Below are positions 39,410-49,348 of a stretch of 64,000 nucleotides of DNA, one piece after another. The position numbers and the translations under genes were made by a program. Source of the stretch: Polyangiales bacterium (GTDB taxonomy: Bacteria > Myxococcota_A > Polyangia > Polyangiales > Polyangiaceae); assembly GCA_038231275.1 (NCBI GenBank), contig JBBRLQ010000002.1, positions 64,001-128,000 on the forward strand, read 5' to 3'. Each line of letters starts with the position of its first letter. Within the stretch, counting starts at the first letter, position 1. The notes under the pieces are model-generated. The model searched no databases. It was given only the letters and a program-made list of their open reading frames with translations, and was not told where the DNA came from.

Positions 39410-42273
39410 CGCAAGAGGCCCTCCGCGTAGCGACGTACCGCGTCTTTGTGACGACCGCCCGACGGCTGACCGAGCCCCTTGATGACGCGCTTGCGGAACT
39501 CCTCGGGTCCCTTGTGCTGATCGGCCTTTGGGATGTCGATCGCCTCGAGCGAGTCGCGCTCGCCGTTGTCGCCGCGATCTTGGTCGCTCGACTTTCCCAT
39601 CGCCTCTTTCGCCTGCTCGAGCTGACGCTGCGTCTCGCGCTGGAGCTCGAGGGCACGATCGATCTGGCCTTGTTTGAGCGCGCGCGCCGCTTCGTGGCCG
39701 CTCCGCTCGGCGCCGTCGAGCGCCTCCAGCGCCGGCTGCGGGAGCGAGCCCTGGCCGCCCTTGTCTTTGATCTGCCCGGCACGTTGCGCCATTTTCTCCT
39801 CGTCGTCGCCGTGCTTGGATAGGTCCTTGCCGGCGCGATCGGCGGCCTTCTTGCGGAGCTTGTCGAGCTCCTGCTCGGCCCAGCGCACCTCGGGCTCGAG
39901 CTTCTTCTTCGCGTCCTCGATCTTGCGCTCGGCGTCGCGCGGGTCGCCGAAGCCCATCCACCTCTCGCGCGCTGCGGTGCGCTTTGCTTCGTCGAGGGCT
40001 TGCAGCGCGTTCTTGCCGCTCGACACCGCGTCCGAGGGGTTTCCCTGCTCGAGTGAGCGCGCCATCTGCTCGCCGTGCTCGCGCGCCGCGGCGCCTTTGC
40101 TCGTCCAGGAGTCGCTGCCGGCGCCGATGGAGGGCATCCCCTTGGTGGCCTCTCGAATCGCCTGCGCGTGCTTCTTCGCCTCTTCGGCGACCTCCTTCAC
40201 GTCCTCCTCGCTGCCGGCCTGGCTGAGGGCGCGTTCGGTCTCGCCCATGCCGGCGGCGTGATCGTTGGCGAGGCGGTCGATGTCGCCGGCCGCCTCGTTG
40301 AAGGCCTGCTCGGCGTCGCTCGGCGTGCTCTCGTCGTCGCCGGGCATGCCGCGACCTCCGCCCGACTCGCCGCCAGCGTGCCCGGACTTGCCGCGCGCGC
40401 CGAACGAGGGATCGGGCTGGTGAAGGCGCGCCGCGAGATCGCGCGCGGCGAGCTCGGCGTGCATGACGTCTTCGCCGCCGCGCCCTCGCGCCACGCGGAG
40501 CAGATCGGTCTCGATGATCTCGCCGATGTCGCGCCCGAGCGACCCCATGCGGACCATCGATTTTCCACCGCCCGTGAGGACGGTCACCGCCGCGTCCGCG
40601 CGCGCGATCCCTCGATCCTTCTCTTTGCCGCGCTGCATCTGCGCCGCACCGAGCGCCAGATCATCGGCGACCTCGGCGAGCTTGTGGGCGGAGGCCTTCG
40701 CGTCGGCGATCCCGAGGCCCTGCATGGCGGCGTCGACGACGAGGACGATGCGCTCGCTCGCCTTCACGAGCGCGGCGTGCGTCGTCTGGCTCGCGCCGTG
40801 CGCTTCCTTGTCCATCGCCTCGCGGACCTTGCGCATGTTGCCGCGGAACATCGCCTGGAGGCGCCCCGACACGCGGACGCCAGCGTACGAGGAGGTGATC
40901 GTCGCGTCGAGGAGCTCGGCGTCCTCGTCCACACCCTTGGCCTCTTCGGCGATGAAGCGGCGAAGCGCGAACGTCTCTTTCGGCATCACCGCGGCCATGC
41001 GCCACGCGAGCGCGTCGACGAGCGCGTCGCGGAGCTTGCGGAGGCCTTCGATGCGCTGCGCCTCGGGCTCGCCGACGTCGGGCGGCACGATCGTGATCGC
41101 CTCGCTCTCGCCCCACTTGGGGCCGGTGAGCGGATCGTTGTCCTTCGCCTCGACGCGCACCTCGACCGGCGCGTGGCTCTTCTTGATGAAGGGGTCGCCG
41201 AGGCGCAGTGAGTGGCCTCCTCGATCGCGGCGCGTCTCGCCATCGAGGCGCGCGAGGACGCGCCGCTCTTCACGCGCCCCGGAGCGCAGCACGAGGTGGA
41301 CCTCACGGAGACCGTGGTCGTCGGTGGCTTCGTAGCGGATGGGGATGTCGCCGGCGTCGACCTGGACCGCGAGCATGATCTTGCGCGGCGCCTCCTCGAG
41401 GACGACGACCGGGGCCTTGTCGGCGATGCTCGTCACCTTCGTCGAGACCGGCTCCGGGATGATCACGTCGCCGAAGCGCGCGACCGTGCGAAGCTCCACC
41501 GTCGCGCTGAGCGGCCAGCGCGCGACGACGTGACCAGCGCCGTCGTCCACAAAGGGGACCTCGCTCGTGCCGTCGGTGAGGGCGAGGCGGCGTCCACGAT
41601 GCGACGGGACGCCGCGCACGGTGAGGAGGGTGCCGTACGGGAGCGCGGTGGCGACGTACGGCGCGTGACGCCGCTCCTCTTGGTGAAGGTAGTCCGGCGG
41701 ACGGGCGCGCACGTCGATGTCGTCGAGCCAGACCATACCGACCGGCGCGACGCCACCACGCGCGAACAGGACGTCCGCTCCCTCCGCCGGCGCCCACGGC
41801 TCGTAGGCGAGCAGCGCGAAGGCGATCGCCGTCGTCGCGAGCGCCACCGCGCCGAGCACGAACGCGAGATGGCGCGCGCCGTCCTCGACCCGATCGTGGG
41901 GAAGCGCGCGGAGCATGCGCTCGAGGTGGAGCGCCGCAAGCTCTGGCGACGTCCCGTCGGCGTTGCGATCCAACGTGAGCGCGCGAAGAGCACGCGCGGC
42001 GCGTTCCGGATCGACTCCGCCGACGAGGCGCGTGATCGCGCGCGCAGGATCCGCGAGGGCGCGGCGTTCGTTCCAACGCCACGCCCACATCGCGATCGCG
42101 AAGGCCGCGAGGGCGAGCGCCGCGCCGATGCGGGACGCGAGCGTGCCGTGACGCGCGACGACGAGGGAACCGAGGACGACGAGGGCCGACAGCGCGACCG
42201 TGACCCGCCGCCTCGGCGCCCGGATCGTCTCGGTCCAGGCCTCCACCAGCGGTCTGAGCGCGTCGAGCCTCAC
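39406..42273 (-). CDS. DUF4175-like membrane protein with long coiled coil
   Basis: N-terminal TMs, PPDY, DKAPVV, ATDDHGL, EAKDNDP..GPK.G.S, ends VRRYAEGLLR. Confidence 0.8.
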   Translation of the reverse strand: MRLDALRPLVEAWTETIRAPRRRVTVALSALVVLGSLVVARHGTLASRIGAALALAAFAIAMWAWRWNERRALADPARAITRLVGGVDPERAARALRALTLDRNADGTSPELAALHLERMLRALPHDRVEDGARHLAFVLGAVALATTAIAFALLAYEPWAPAEGADVLFARGGVAPVGMVWLDDIDVRARPPDYLHQEERRHAPYVATALPYGTLLTVRGVPSHRGRRLALTDGTSEVPFVDDGAGHVVARWPLSATVELRTVARFGDVIIPEPVSTKVTSIADKAPVVVLEEAPRKIMLAVQVDAGDIPIRYEATDDHGLREVHLVLRSGAREERRVLARLDGETRRDRGGHSLRLGDPFIKKSHAPVEVRVEAKDNDPLTGPKWGESEAITIVPPDVGEPEAQRIEGLRKLRDALVDALAWRMAAVMPKETFALRRFIAEEAKGVDEDAELLDATITSSYAGVRVSGRLQAMFRGNMRKVREAMDKEAHGASQTTHAALVKASERIVLVVDAAMQGLGIADAKASAHKLAEVADDLALGAAQMQRGKEKDRGIARADAAVTVLTGGGKSMVRMGSLGRDIGEIIETDLLRVARGRGGEDVMHAELAARDLAARLHQPDPSFGARGKSGHAGGESGGGRGMPGDDESTPSDAEQAFNEAAGDIDRLANDHAAGMGETERALSQAGSEEDVKEVAEEAKKHAQAIREATKGMPSIGAGSDSWTSKGAAAREHGEQMARSLEQGNPSDAVSSGKNALQALDEAKRTAARERWMGFGDPRDAERKIEDAKKKLEPEVRWAEQELDKLRKKAADRAGKDLSKHGDDEEKMAQRAGQIKDKGGQGSLPQPALEALDGAERSGHEAARALKQGQIDRALELQRETQRQLEQAKEAMGKSSDQDRGDNGERDSLEAIDIPKADQHKGPEEFRKRVIKGLGQPSGGRHKDAVRRYAEGLLR

Positions 42274-42333
42274 GCTAGAAGAACGTAGCACTTCGCCGCG
42301 GCGCGAGCGTCAGTAGCCTCTGTCAGTAGCCGG

Positions 42334-43950
42334 TCAGTAGCCCGCGGACGATGTCGGCGCCGGCGGTCCAGGGATGAGGTTGGGGAACGGAATCGGGAAC
42401 GACGGGAGCGTCGTCGGGAATGGGAACGCCGAGCCCGACGGCATGGGGAACGGCAGGCCGCTGGGGAACGGGTTGGGGAACGGGTTGGGGACCGGCGGCG
42501 GCGTGTCGGGCGATCCGCTCGCCGAGCCGGAGGGATGCGGCTTTGGGCCTGGTCCGGGGCCTGGACCCGGGCCCGGCGGCGTCACCTTCGGCGTGCCGAG
42601 CGGCGTGAGCGAGCCTGGCGGCGCGGGCGCGGTGGCTGGCGTGGTCGGAGGTGTCGTCGGCGGTGGCGGCGCGGGCACCGGCGTCGTCGCCGTCGGCACG
42701 TCCCCGCTACTTCCGTTGCTTCCGCTGCTGCCTCCTTCGAGGCGGCTCAGGAGATCGGTCTGGCTCGCGACGATCGCGCCGATCGCGACGACGCCGAGCA
42801 GCACGATCCCGACCACCGCGCCGGTCCGCGAGCGACGCGGCGGCTCGGCGTCGTGGTCGCTCGGATACGGAGCGTGCGGGACGTGCGGGGCGTGCGCGAT
42901 CGCGGGGGCGACCGGCGTCGCCTGCGCGCGACCCAGCGCCGTCTCGTGCTTCTGCCGCGACGCGCCGTTCGCCGCGGGCGCCGAGGCACCACCGCCGAGG
43001 AGCGACTGCGCCGGCGCGCCCATCACCGTCCCCGTTCCAGCCTCGATCTTCGACAGATCGATCGCGCCGGCCAAGGCTTGCAACGGGACGGTCGGTGGTC
43101 GCTTGCCCTGGAGCGCTCCTTCCAGCGCCGCCCGCATCTCCGCCGCGGTCGCGAAGCGAAGCTCCGGGCGCGCCGCCATCGCGCGGTGCGCGAGGCCCGC
43201 GATCTCCCGCGGCACCGACGGCTCCGCGTGCACGAGCGGCCGAACCTCGCCGCGCTCGACCTTCATCGCGATGACGCGCGCGTCCTCACCCGACACCGGC
43301 CGCACTCCCGCGATCATCTCGTAGAGCATGACGCCGACCGAATACACGTCGCTGCGCGCGTCGACACGATCGGCCGAGAACGCCTGCTCCGGCGCCATGT
43401 ACTCGGCGGTCCCCATGAGGACGCCGGCGACCGTCAGGTTCTTCTGCGTGGCGCCGTCCCGCTTCAGCTTCGCGATGCCGAAGTCGATGAGCTTGAGGAA
43501 CGGCTTGCCGGCGAGCCTCGTGACGAACACATTCTCCGGCTTCAGGTCACGGTGCACGACGCCGAGAGCGTGCGCGGCTTCGAGGGCCGCGAGGATCTGG
43601 AGGGTGTAGTCGCACGCGACCGCGACCGGGAGCTTGTGATCGCGCTCAAGCACCGCCGACAGCGGCTCGCCTTCGAGGAGATCCATGACGATGTACGCGT
43701 TGCCCTCGGGCGTCTGATCGATGTCCGTCACGTGCACGACGTGCGGGCTCCGGATCTGCGCCGCCACGCGCGCCTCCTGGAGGAACCGGTCGACGAGGCC
43801 CGAGTGCCGCACGAGCTCGGCGTGGAGGAACTTGATCGCGACGCGCGTGCCGAGCTTCTCGTGGTGCGCCTCGTACACCGAGCCCATCCCTCCGTCCCCG
43901 AGGAGACGGACGAGCCGGTACTTGCCGCTGATGACCTGCCCGACCTGCAT
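42334..43950 (-). CDS. Membrane-anchored Ser/Thr protein kinase
   Basis: GDGGMGSVY, HRDLKPEN, DFG, GTAEYMAPE; TM; Pro/Phe-rich tail. Confidence 0.96.
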   Translation of the reverse strand: MQVGQVISGKYRLVRLLGDGGMGSVYEAHHEKLGTRVAIKFLHAELVRHSGLVDRFLQEARVAAQIRSPHVVHVTDIDQTPEGNAYIVMDLLEGEPLSAVLERDHKLPVAVACDYTLQILAALEAAHALGVVHRDLKPENVFVTRLAGKPFLKLIDFGIAKLKRDGATQKNLTVAGVLMGTAEYMAPEQAFSADRVDARSDVYSVGVMLYEMIAGVRPVSGEDARVIAMKVERGEVRPLVHAEPSVPREIAGLAHRAMAARPELRFATAAEMRAALEGALQGKRPPTVPLQALAGAIDLSKIEAGTGTVMGAPAQSLLGGGASAPAANGASRQKHETALGRAQATPVAPAIAHAPHVPHAPYPSDHDAEPPRRSRTGAVVGIVLLGVVAIGAIVASQTDLLSRLEGGSSGSNGSSGDVPTATTPVPAPPPPTTPPTTPATAPAPPGSLTPLGTPKVTPPGPGPGPGPGPKPHPSGSASGSPDTPPPVPNPFPNPFPSGLPFPMPSGSAFPFPTTLPSFPIPFPNLIPGPPAPTSSAGY

Positions 43951-44057
43951 TGCGAAACGGGACTGTAGACCATTCATGGGAAAAACAGGCGAATTGCCGC
44001 ACCGCGTCGTTCGTTGGCCGTTGCGCGTCCAGGCGCCCCGGGAGAAAAAGGGCGGCC

Positions 44058-45056
44058 ATGAAGAGCTCCACGATCCTGGGCGTCGGCCACTACGTTCCCA
44101 CGAAGGTCGTCACCAACGACGATCTCTCCAAGCTCATGACGACCACCGACGAGTGGATCGTCCAGCGCTCCGGGATCAAGGAGCGACGCTTCATCGAGCA
44201 CTCCGGCATCGGCGCGAGCGATTTGGCGGTGCCGGCGACGACGATGGCCTTGGAGCACGCGGGGCTCGAGGCCAAGCAGATTGACGCCATCATCTTTGCA
44301 ACCCTCTCCCCCGACCACAACTTCCCCGGCTCGGGCTGCTTCCTCGGCCACAAGCTCGGCCTTCCGGGCGTCCCGGCGCTCGACGTGCGAAACCAGTGCT
44401 CGGGCTTCCTCTACGGGCTTTCGATCGCCGACGCGTGGATCCGCGCGGGCGTCTACAAGAAGGTGCTCCTCGTCGGCGCAGAGGTTCACTCCACCGGGAT
44501 CGAGCTGACCGATCGCGGGCGCGACGTCGCGGTGCTGTTCGGCGACGGCGCCGGCGCGGCGATCATCGGCGAGTCGGACGACGACGCGCGTGGCATCAAG
44601 GGCATCAAGCTCCACGCCGACGGCGCGGGCGCCAAGGACCTCTGGCTCGAAGCGCCGGCGAGCGCGTACGAGCCGCGCCTCACGAAGGAGATGCTCGACG
44701 AGGGGAAGCACTTCCCCGCCATGAACGGCAAGCAGGTCTTCCGCTGGGCGACCGAGAAGATGCCGGAGGTCGCGCGCGAGGTGCTCGCCGAGTCGAAGCT
44801 CACGCCCGCCGACGTCGATCTCTTCGTGCCACACCAGGCGAACATGCGCATCAACCAGATGGTGTGCGCCAAGCTCGGGATCCCCGAGGACAAGACGGTT
44901 CACAACATCCAGAAGTACGGAAATACGACCGCCGCGACGATTCCGCTCGGCCTCTCGGAGGCGTGGCGCGAGGGCCGATGCGCGCGCGGATCAAACGTGC
45001 TCTTCGCGGCGTTCGGCTCCGGCTACACGTGGGGCGCTGCGGTCGTTCGACTCTGA
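44058..45056 (+). CDS. fabH: 3-oxoacyl-ACP synthase III family
   Basis: NQCSGF, FGDGAGA, PHQAN, YGNT, FGSGYTWG. Confidence 0.92.
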   Translation: MKSSTILGVGHYVPTKVVTNDDLSKLMTTTDEWIVQRSGIKERRFIEHSGIGASDLAVPATTMALEHAGLEAKQIDAIIFATLSPDHNFPGSGCFLGHKLGLPGVPALDVRNQCSGFLYGLSIADAWIRAGVYKKVLLVGAEVHSTGIELTDRGRDVAVLFGDGAGAAIIGESDDDARGIKGIKLHADGAGAKDLWLEAPASAYEPRLTKEMLDEGKHFPAMNGKQVFRWATEKMPEVAREVLAESKLTPADVDLFVPHQANMRINQMVCAKLGIPEDKTVHNIQKYGNTTAATIPLGLSEAWREGRCARGSNVLFAAFGSGYTWGAAVVRL

Positions 45057-45082
45057 GACGCGAGCGCATGACCGTCACGCCG

Positions 45083-46204
45083 TCACGCCGCGTCGCGGAT
45101 CTCGCGCGGCTCGGGCGGCTCGGGTCGAAGCAGCGCGCCCACGGTCTCGGCGTCGTCGATCGATGCGAAGACGGGCACGAGGCTCGTGCGATCTTGCCCG
45201 CCGAACGCGCCCATCGGCGCGAGCGCGCGCGCGCGGGGGCCGTCGAGCACCAAGAAGAGATCGTGGAGCGCGCCGACCTTGTCCTTCTGCGGCGCGGCGA
45301 TGACGTAGGCGATCCGCGAGCGATCGAGGTGCAGCTCTTCGAGGCCGCGGTGGATGAGCACGCGCCGATCGGTGACGAAATAACGTGTGACGCGGGCGAG
45401 CCTCGACGGCCGCACGAGCGCGCTGTAGCCAACGCCGACGGCGACCGCGACGAGGAGCAGCGCACCGAGCGCGACGCCGAGGACGAGCAGCGCGATGGCG
45501 CCGGGAGGCAGCGCGTGGAGTCGGAGGATCTTCGCGAGCGGCGGGATCGCCTTGGCCACAGTGCGAATCGCGGCGAGCGCGAGGACGGTCGCGAGCGCCA
45601 TCGAGACGACGCGGCGCACGGTCCACGGTGACGCCATCGGCACGGCGGTCCACACGACGCGTTCACCGTCGTCGAGTCGCTGCGCGAGCGCACGCGATCC
45701 GTCACCGAGCGAAGCGCCGGGAGCGACGCCGCGTACGATCGACCAGATACGATCGGGGGCCTCGACGTCCGACAGCGTCAAGCTGAGCGTTCGCCGCAGC
45801 GCGCCGGTGGGAACGGCGCGGACGAGCACGAGATCGCCGCTCGTGGAGTCGGCGGCGCTCCAGCGGATGAGCGCGTAGCTCACGGCGTCGCGATCGATCA
45901 TGCGGCGGATGCGGCCGCGGCGCCAGATGACGTGCTTGTCGGTGACCAGGTACTCGACGCCCGAGCGCCACACGAGAGGCAGCCGCCACGCCGCGAGGGC
46001 GAGGCTCGCGCACCACCCGGCGAACGCCACCATTCCGCCGACGTGGACGTGGAGCGTGCGCCCCAGCACCGCGGCGAAGCAGAGCGTGCTCAAGGCGAAC
46101 ACCACCAGGCACGCCGCGGCGAGCCGGTAAAACAGCGGGACGCTAACGACCTTCGGCCGCCCGCTCCAGATGATCTGCTCTCCAAACAGCGAGTCGCGCG
46201 CCAT
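45083..46204 (-). CDS. Membrane protein with two bacterial PH-like repeats
   Basis: Twice (GE.I/VVW...P, two TMs, Y.VTD.(H/R)V). Confidence 0.72.
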   Translation of the reverse strand: MARDSLFGEQIIWSGRPKVVSVPLFYRLAAACLVVFALSTLCFAAVLGRTLHVHVGGMVAFAGWCASLALAAWRLPLVWRSGVEYLVTDKHVIWRRGRIRRMIDRDAVSYALIRWSAADSTSGDLVLVRAVPTGALRRTLSLTLSDVEAPDRIWSIVRGVAPGASLGDGSRALAQRLDDGERVVWTAVPMASPWTVRRVVSMALATVLALAAIRTVAKAIPPLAKILRLHALPPGAIALLVLGVALGALLLVAVAVGVGYSALVRPSRLARVTRYFVTDRRVLIHRGLEELHLDRSRIAYVIAAPQKDKVGALHDLFLVLDGPRARALAPMGAFGGQDRTSLVPVFASIDDAETVGALLRPEPPEPREIRDAA

Positions 46205-46345
46205 ACGTCCTCTAAGCGTGCGCCCGCCGACCCGAAGTGACAAGGGCACCAGGCCGACGAGCTCACCGCGAACGTCCGCGGCGGGCCGCGGCCGATGGTG
46301 GGTAAGGGAACGACCCGCAGAACGCGCCGATCTTGGGTCGGCCGA

Positions 46346-47368
46346 TTACCGCGGCAGCGGACGGGCGGCGACGCGGCGCGACGGCCCACGGGCGCGCGCG
46401 CTCTCGACGAAGGCGGCGCAGAGCGCGGGGAAGTCCATGCCTGCCGCCGCCGCCTCCTCTGGATAGAGGCTCGTCGCGGTCATCCCGGGCATCGTGTTCA
46501 CCTCGAGCAGCGTGATCCTCGAAGGGGAGTCGGCGTCGCCCACCACGAAGTCCGCGCGCGACAGGTCACGGCAGCCGAGCGCGCGGTGGGCGGCGAGCGC
46601 CACGCGCAGGACCTCGCCGGTGAGCTCGCCGAGTTCGGCTGGGCACGTGTGGACGCTGCGCCCCGGCGCGTAGCGCGCTTCGTACGTGTAGAATGCATCT
46701 TTCGGCGAGGCGATCTCGGTCGGCGGAAGCGCGCGTGGCTCCTGGCCATGGAGATCCAGAATGCCGCACGTGATCTCCCGCCCCATCGCGAAGTGCTCGA
46801 CGATCGCGACGTCGTCGAGCTCCCACACCGCGTCGAGCGCGCGGGCGACGTCAGCGTCGGGCGCATCCTCGGCCAGCCGCGTCACGCCGATCTCCGAGCC
46901 GTGCGACGCCGGCTTCACGACGAGGCGCGCGCCGATCTCGCGACGCGCTCTGGCTGCGCCGACGGCTGCATCTCCCCGCGAAAGCGCGAGGCCCTTGGCC
47001 ACCGGCAGCCCCTCTTCGGCGAAGACGCGGCGCGCGAGCCGCTTGTCCATCGCCAGCGCGCTCGCGAGCACGTTGGAGCCAACGTACGGGATCTCGAGCA
47101 CCTCGAGCAAACCTTGAAGCGCGCCGTCCTCCCCGACCGCGCCGTGGACCACCGGAAACACGACCTCGTAGCCGCCGCCGCGAAGCGACTCGGCGAGGAA
47201 CGCGTCGAGCTCCAGGCGCGCCGCTTGATGCCCCGCCGCCACGAGCGCCCTCGCCACCGCCGCCGCTCCCGCCCGGCTGACCTCCGCCTCGCTCGACGGC
47301 CCGCCCTGCACGACCGCGACCGAAAGGCGCCGCGCCGCCCCTTTCTTCTCCGCGCTCGCCTCGCTCAT
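46346..47368 (-). CDS. ddl: D-alanine--D-alanine ligase
   Basis: GGPSSEAEVS, HGAVGEDG, MDK, VKP..GS.IG, RADF, EVNTMPGMT..S..P. Confidence 0.95.
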   Translation of the reverse strand: MSEASAEKKGAARRLSVAVVQGGPSSEAEVSRAGAAAVARALVAAGHQAARLELDAFLAESLRGGGYEVVFPVVHGAVGEDGALQGLLEVLEIPYVGSNVLASALAMDKRLARRVFAEEGLPVAKGLALSRGDAAVGAARARREIGARLVVKPASHGSEIGVTRLAEDAPDADVARALDAVWELDDVAIVEHFAMGREITCGILDLHGQEPRALPPTEIASPKDAFYTYEARYAPGRSVHTCPAELGELTGEVLRVALAAHRALGCRDLSRADFVVGDADSPSRITLLEVNTMPGMTATSLYPEEAAAAGMDFPALCAAFVESARARGPSRRVAARPLPR

Positions 47369-47805
47369 GCGCTCTTGGAGAGATCGACGAGCTCGATGCC
47401 GATCTTCTGCGAGAACTCGTAGATCTTCTGATCGCGGTAGAATTCGCCGAAGTAGATGCGCCCGATCCCGGCGTTCGCGATGAGGCGGAAGCACCCCCAG
47501 CACGGCGACGCGGTCACGTAGATGCCCGCCTGGTCGATCCTCACGCCGTTCTTGGCGGCCTGCACGATCGCGTTGGCCTCGGCGTGCACCGTGCGAACGC
47601 AGTGCCCTTCTTCCATCAAGTGCCCCTCCTCGTCGCAGTGCGGGAGGCCGCGAATCGAGCCGTTGTAGCCCGTCGCGAGGATCGACTTGTCGCGGACGAT
47701 GACGGCGCCCACGTGCTTGCGATCGCAGGTCGAGCGCGTGCCGACCTCACGCGCGATGTTCATGAAGTACTGGTCCCAGGAGGCACGGGGCGTCTCGCGC
47801 GGCAT
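47365..47805 (-). CDS. dCMP deaminase (ComEB-like)
   Basis: WDQYFM, RSTC, TGYNG, HAEANA, PCWGC. Confidence 0.93.
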   Translation of the reverse strand: MPRETPRASWDQYFMNIAREVGTRSTCDRKHVGAVIVRDKSILATGYNGSIRGLPHCDEEGHLMEEGHCVRTVHAEANAIVQAAKNGVRIDQAGIYVTASPCWGCFRLIANAGIGRIYFGEFYRDQKIYEFSQKIGIELVDLSKSA

Positions 47806-47854
47806 GGTGCGGATTGCTACCACGCGGCCCCCACCTCTACTATCCTGAAGGGCG

Positions 47855-48820
47855 ATGCGGCATTCGTCCCTCGTGGCAGCGGTCGTCGCGTGCGTGCTGG
47901 TCGGCGTTCAGGGAACGCCGGTCGCACGCGCCGCCGAGCCGTGGACGCCGCCGATCTTCGCCGCGCCGAAGACGCCGAAGCCGCCGCCGCCCGCCGTGCC
48001 CGCCTTCGCCGACGTGGAGACCGCCGAGCAGCTGTACGGAAAGCTCGAGTTCGAGGACGCGAACAAGGTCGCCGAGCGCGTCGTCAAGCAGCGGGGCCTG
48101 TCGCACGACCAGCTCGTGCGCGCGTACAAGATCCTCGCCGTCACGCACGGCTTCCTCGATCACGAAGATCCGGCGCGTGAGGCGTTCATCCTCCTCATGA
48201 CCTACGAGCCGGAGTACCAGGTCGATCCGAACCAAGGCCCCAAGGTGACGACGCCGTTCTTCGAGGCGCGCGGTTTCTGGCGCGCCCAGCCGATGAAGCC
48301 GGGCATCGAGGTCGCGGCCACCGTGCGCGCGCAGGAAGCCGGCGTCCTCCGCGTGACGACGCGCGATCCGACCCACATCGTGAAGAAGGTCACCGTCGGC
48401 TACCGCTGGTCGACGTCCGGCGACTACGCAACGGCGCAGGCGAACGTCGGCCAAAGCGTCGCGGTCGATCTCCCCGCTCCTCCCGCCGGCAAGACTCGCG
48501 TCGAGTACTACGCGCAGGCGCTCGACGATCGCGACGACGTCGCCTTCGAGGTCGGCAACCCTCAAGCCCCCAAGTCGGCCGTGGCCGATGCGCAGCCGAC
48601 CGTCGCGACGCCCCCCGTCACCGGCGGGGGCGGGAAAGACGGCGACAAGGGGGGCGGCGGCGGCGTCTTCTCGAGCCCCGTCTTCTGGACGATCGCGGGC
48701 ATCGTCGTGGTCGGCGGCGCGGCCGGCGCGTTCTTCCTCTTCCGTCAGAAGGACGTCGCGGCCCCCACGCAGGCGGCCCTCACGCCGTCGCTCCAGTGCG
48801 GCATCGCGAAATGCAACTGA
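47855..48820 (+). CDS. Secreted TPR-like + beta-sandwich protein with C-terminal hydrophobic segment
   Basis: Signal; AEQLY..LEFEDA, AREAF..L, PKV; VEYYAQALD; SPVFWTIAG. Confidence 0.7.
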   Translation: MRHSSLVAAVVACVLVGVQGTPVARAAEPWTPPIFAAPKTPKPPPPAVPAFADVETAEQLYGKLEFEDANKVAERVVKQRGLSHDQLVRAYKILAVTHGFLDHEDPAREAFILLMTYEPEYQVDPNQGPKVTTPFFEARGFWRAQPMKPGIEVAATVRAQEAGVLRVTTRDPTHIVKKVTVGYRWSTSGDYATAQANVGQSVAVDLPAPPAGKTRVEYYAQALDDRDDVAFEVGNPQAPKSAVADAQPTVATPPVTGGGGKDGDKGGGGGVFSSPVFWTIAGIVVVGGAAGAFFLFRQKDVAAPTQAALTPSLQCGIAKCN

Positions 48821-48835
48821 CGCGCTACTGACGCG

Positions 48836-49348
48836 CTACTGACAGCGCGCGGCGCAGTGATCGCCGAGGGTCGCGCACTTGGTGGCCGGCACGTCGAGAG
48901 TCGTCGACGCGAGCGCGAGCTGCACCGGCACCTGCGTGCTCCCTTCGCCGACGTTCTGGATGGCGCACCCGATCAGGAAATCGGCGTTGTTCTTCTGCGC
49001 CACCGCGAGCACCGCGCGGGCGCCGTACGAGATCGTGACCTGGCCCTTGCCGGCGGACAGCTCGCACGTCGGCACGAGCGCGGCCTCGACGAGCGGCGTC
49101 GGCAGCGCCTGGTTGCTCTTGCGCGCGAGGACGAGGGACGGGCACAGCTGCGCGCCTCCATCCGCCGCGTCGAAGACGTAGACCTTCACCCCATCGCTCG
49201 CGACCGCCGCGGCGGTGGACGGAAACGTGATGGTGTACGTCCCGGTGGACGGCGGCGCGGCGTCCTTGGCCGAGCACGCGACGAACACGACGCTGGACAC
49301 GACGGGGACGAGCGCGAGGAGCGCGGTGCCGACGACGAAGCGGATCAT
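48836..49348 (-). CDS. Cys-containing lipoprotein, hypothetical
   Basis: Lipobox FVAC; overlaps the upstream stop (ATGA). Confidence 0.7.
   Translation of the reverse strand: MIRFVVGTALLALVPVVSSVVFVACSAKDAAPPSTGTYTITFPSTAAAVASDGVKVYVFDAADGGAQLCPSLVLARKSNQALPTPLVEAALVPTCELSAGKGQVTISYGARAVLAVAQKNNADFLIGCAIQNVGEGSTQVPVQLALASTTLDVPATKCATLGDHCAARCQ

Noticed and set aside
46346..47805. dCMP deaminase as an anti-phage dCTP deaminase
   Set aside because: Short standalone ComEB-like enzyme with no kinase domain, coupled to ddl in housekeeping context
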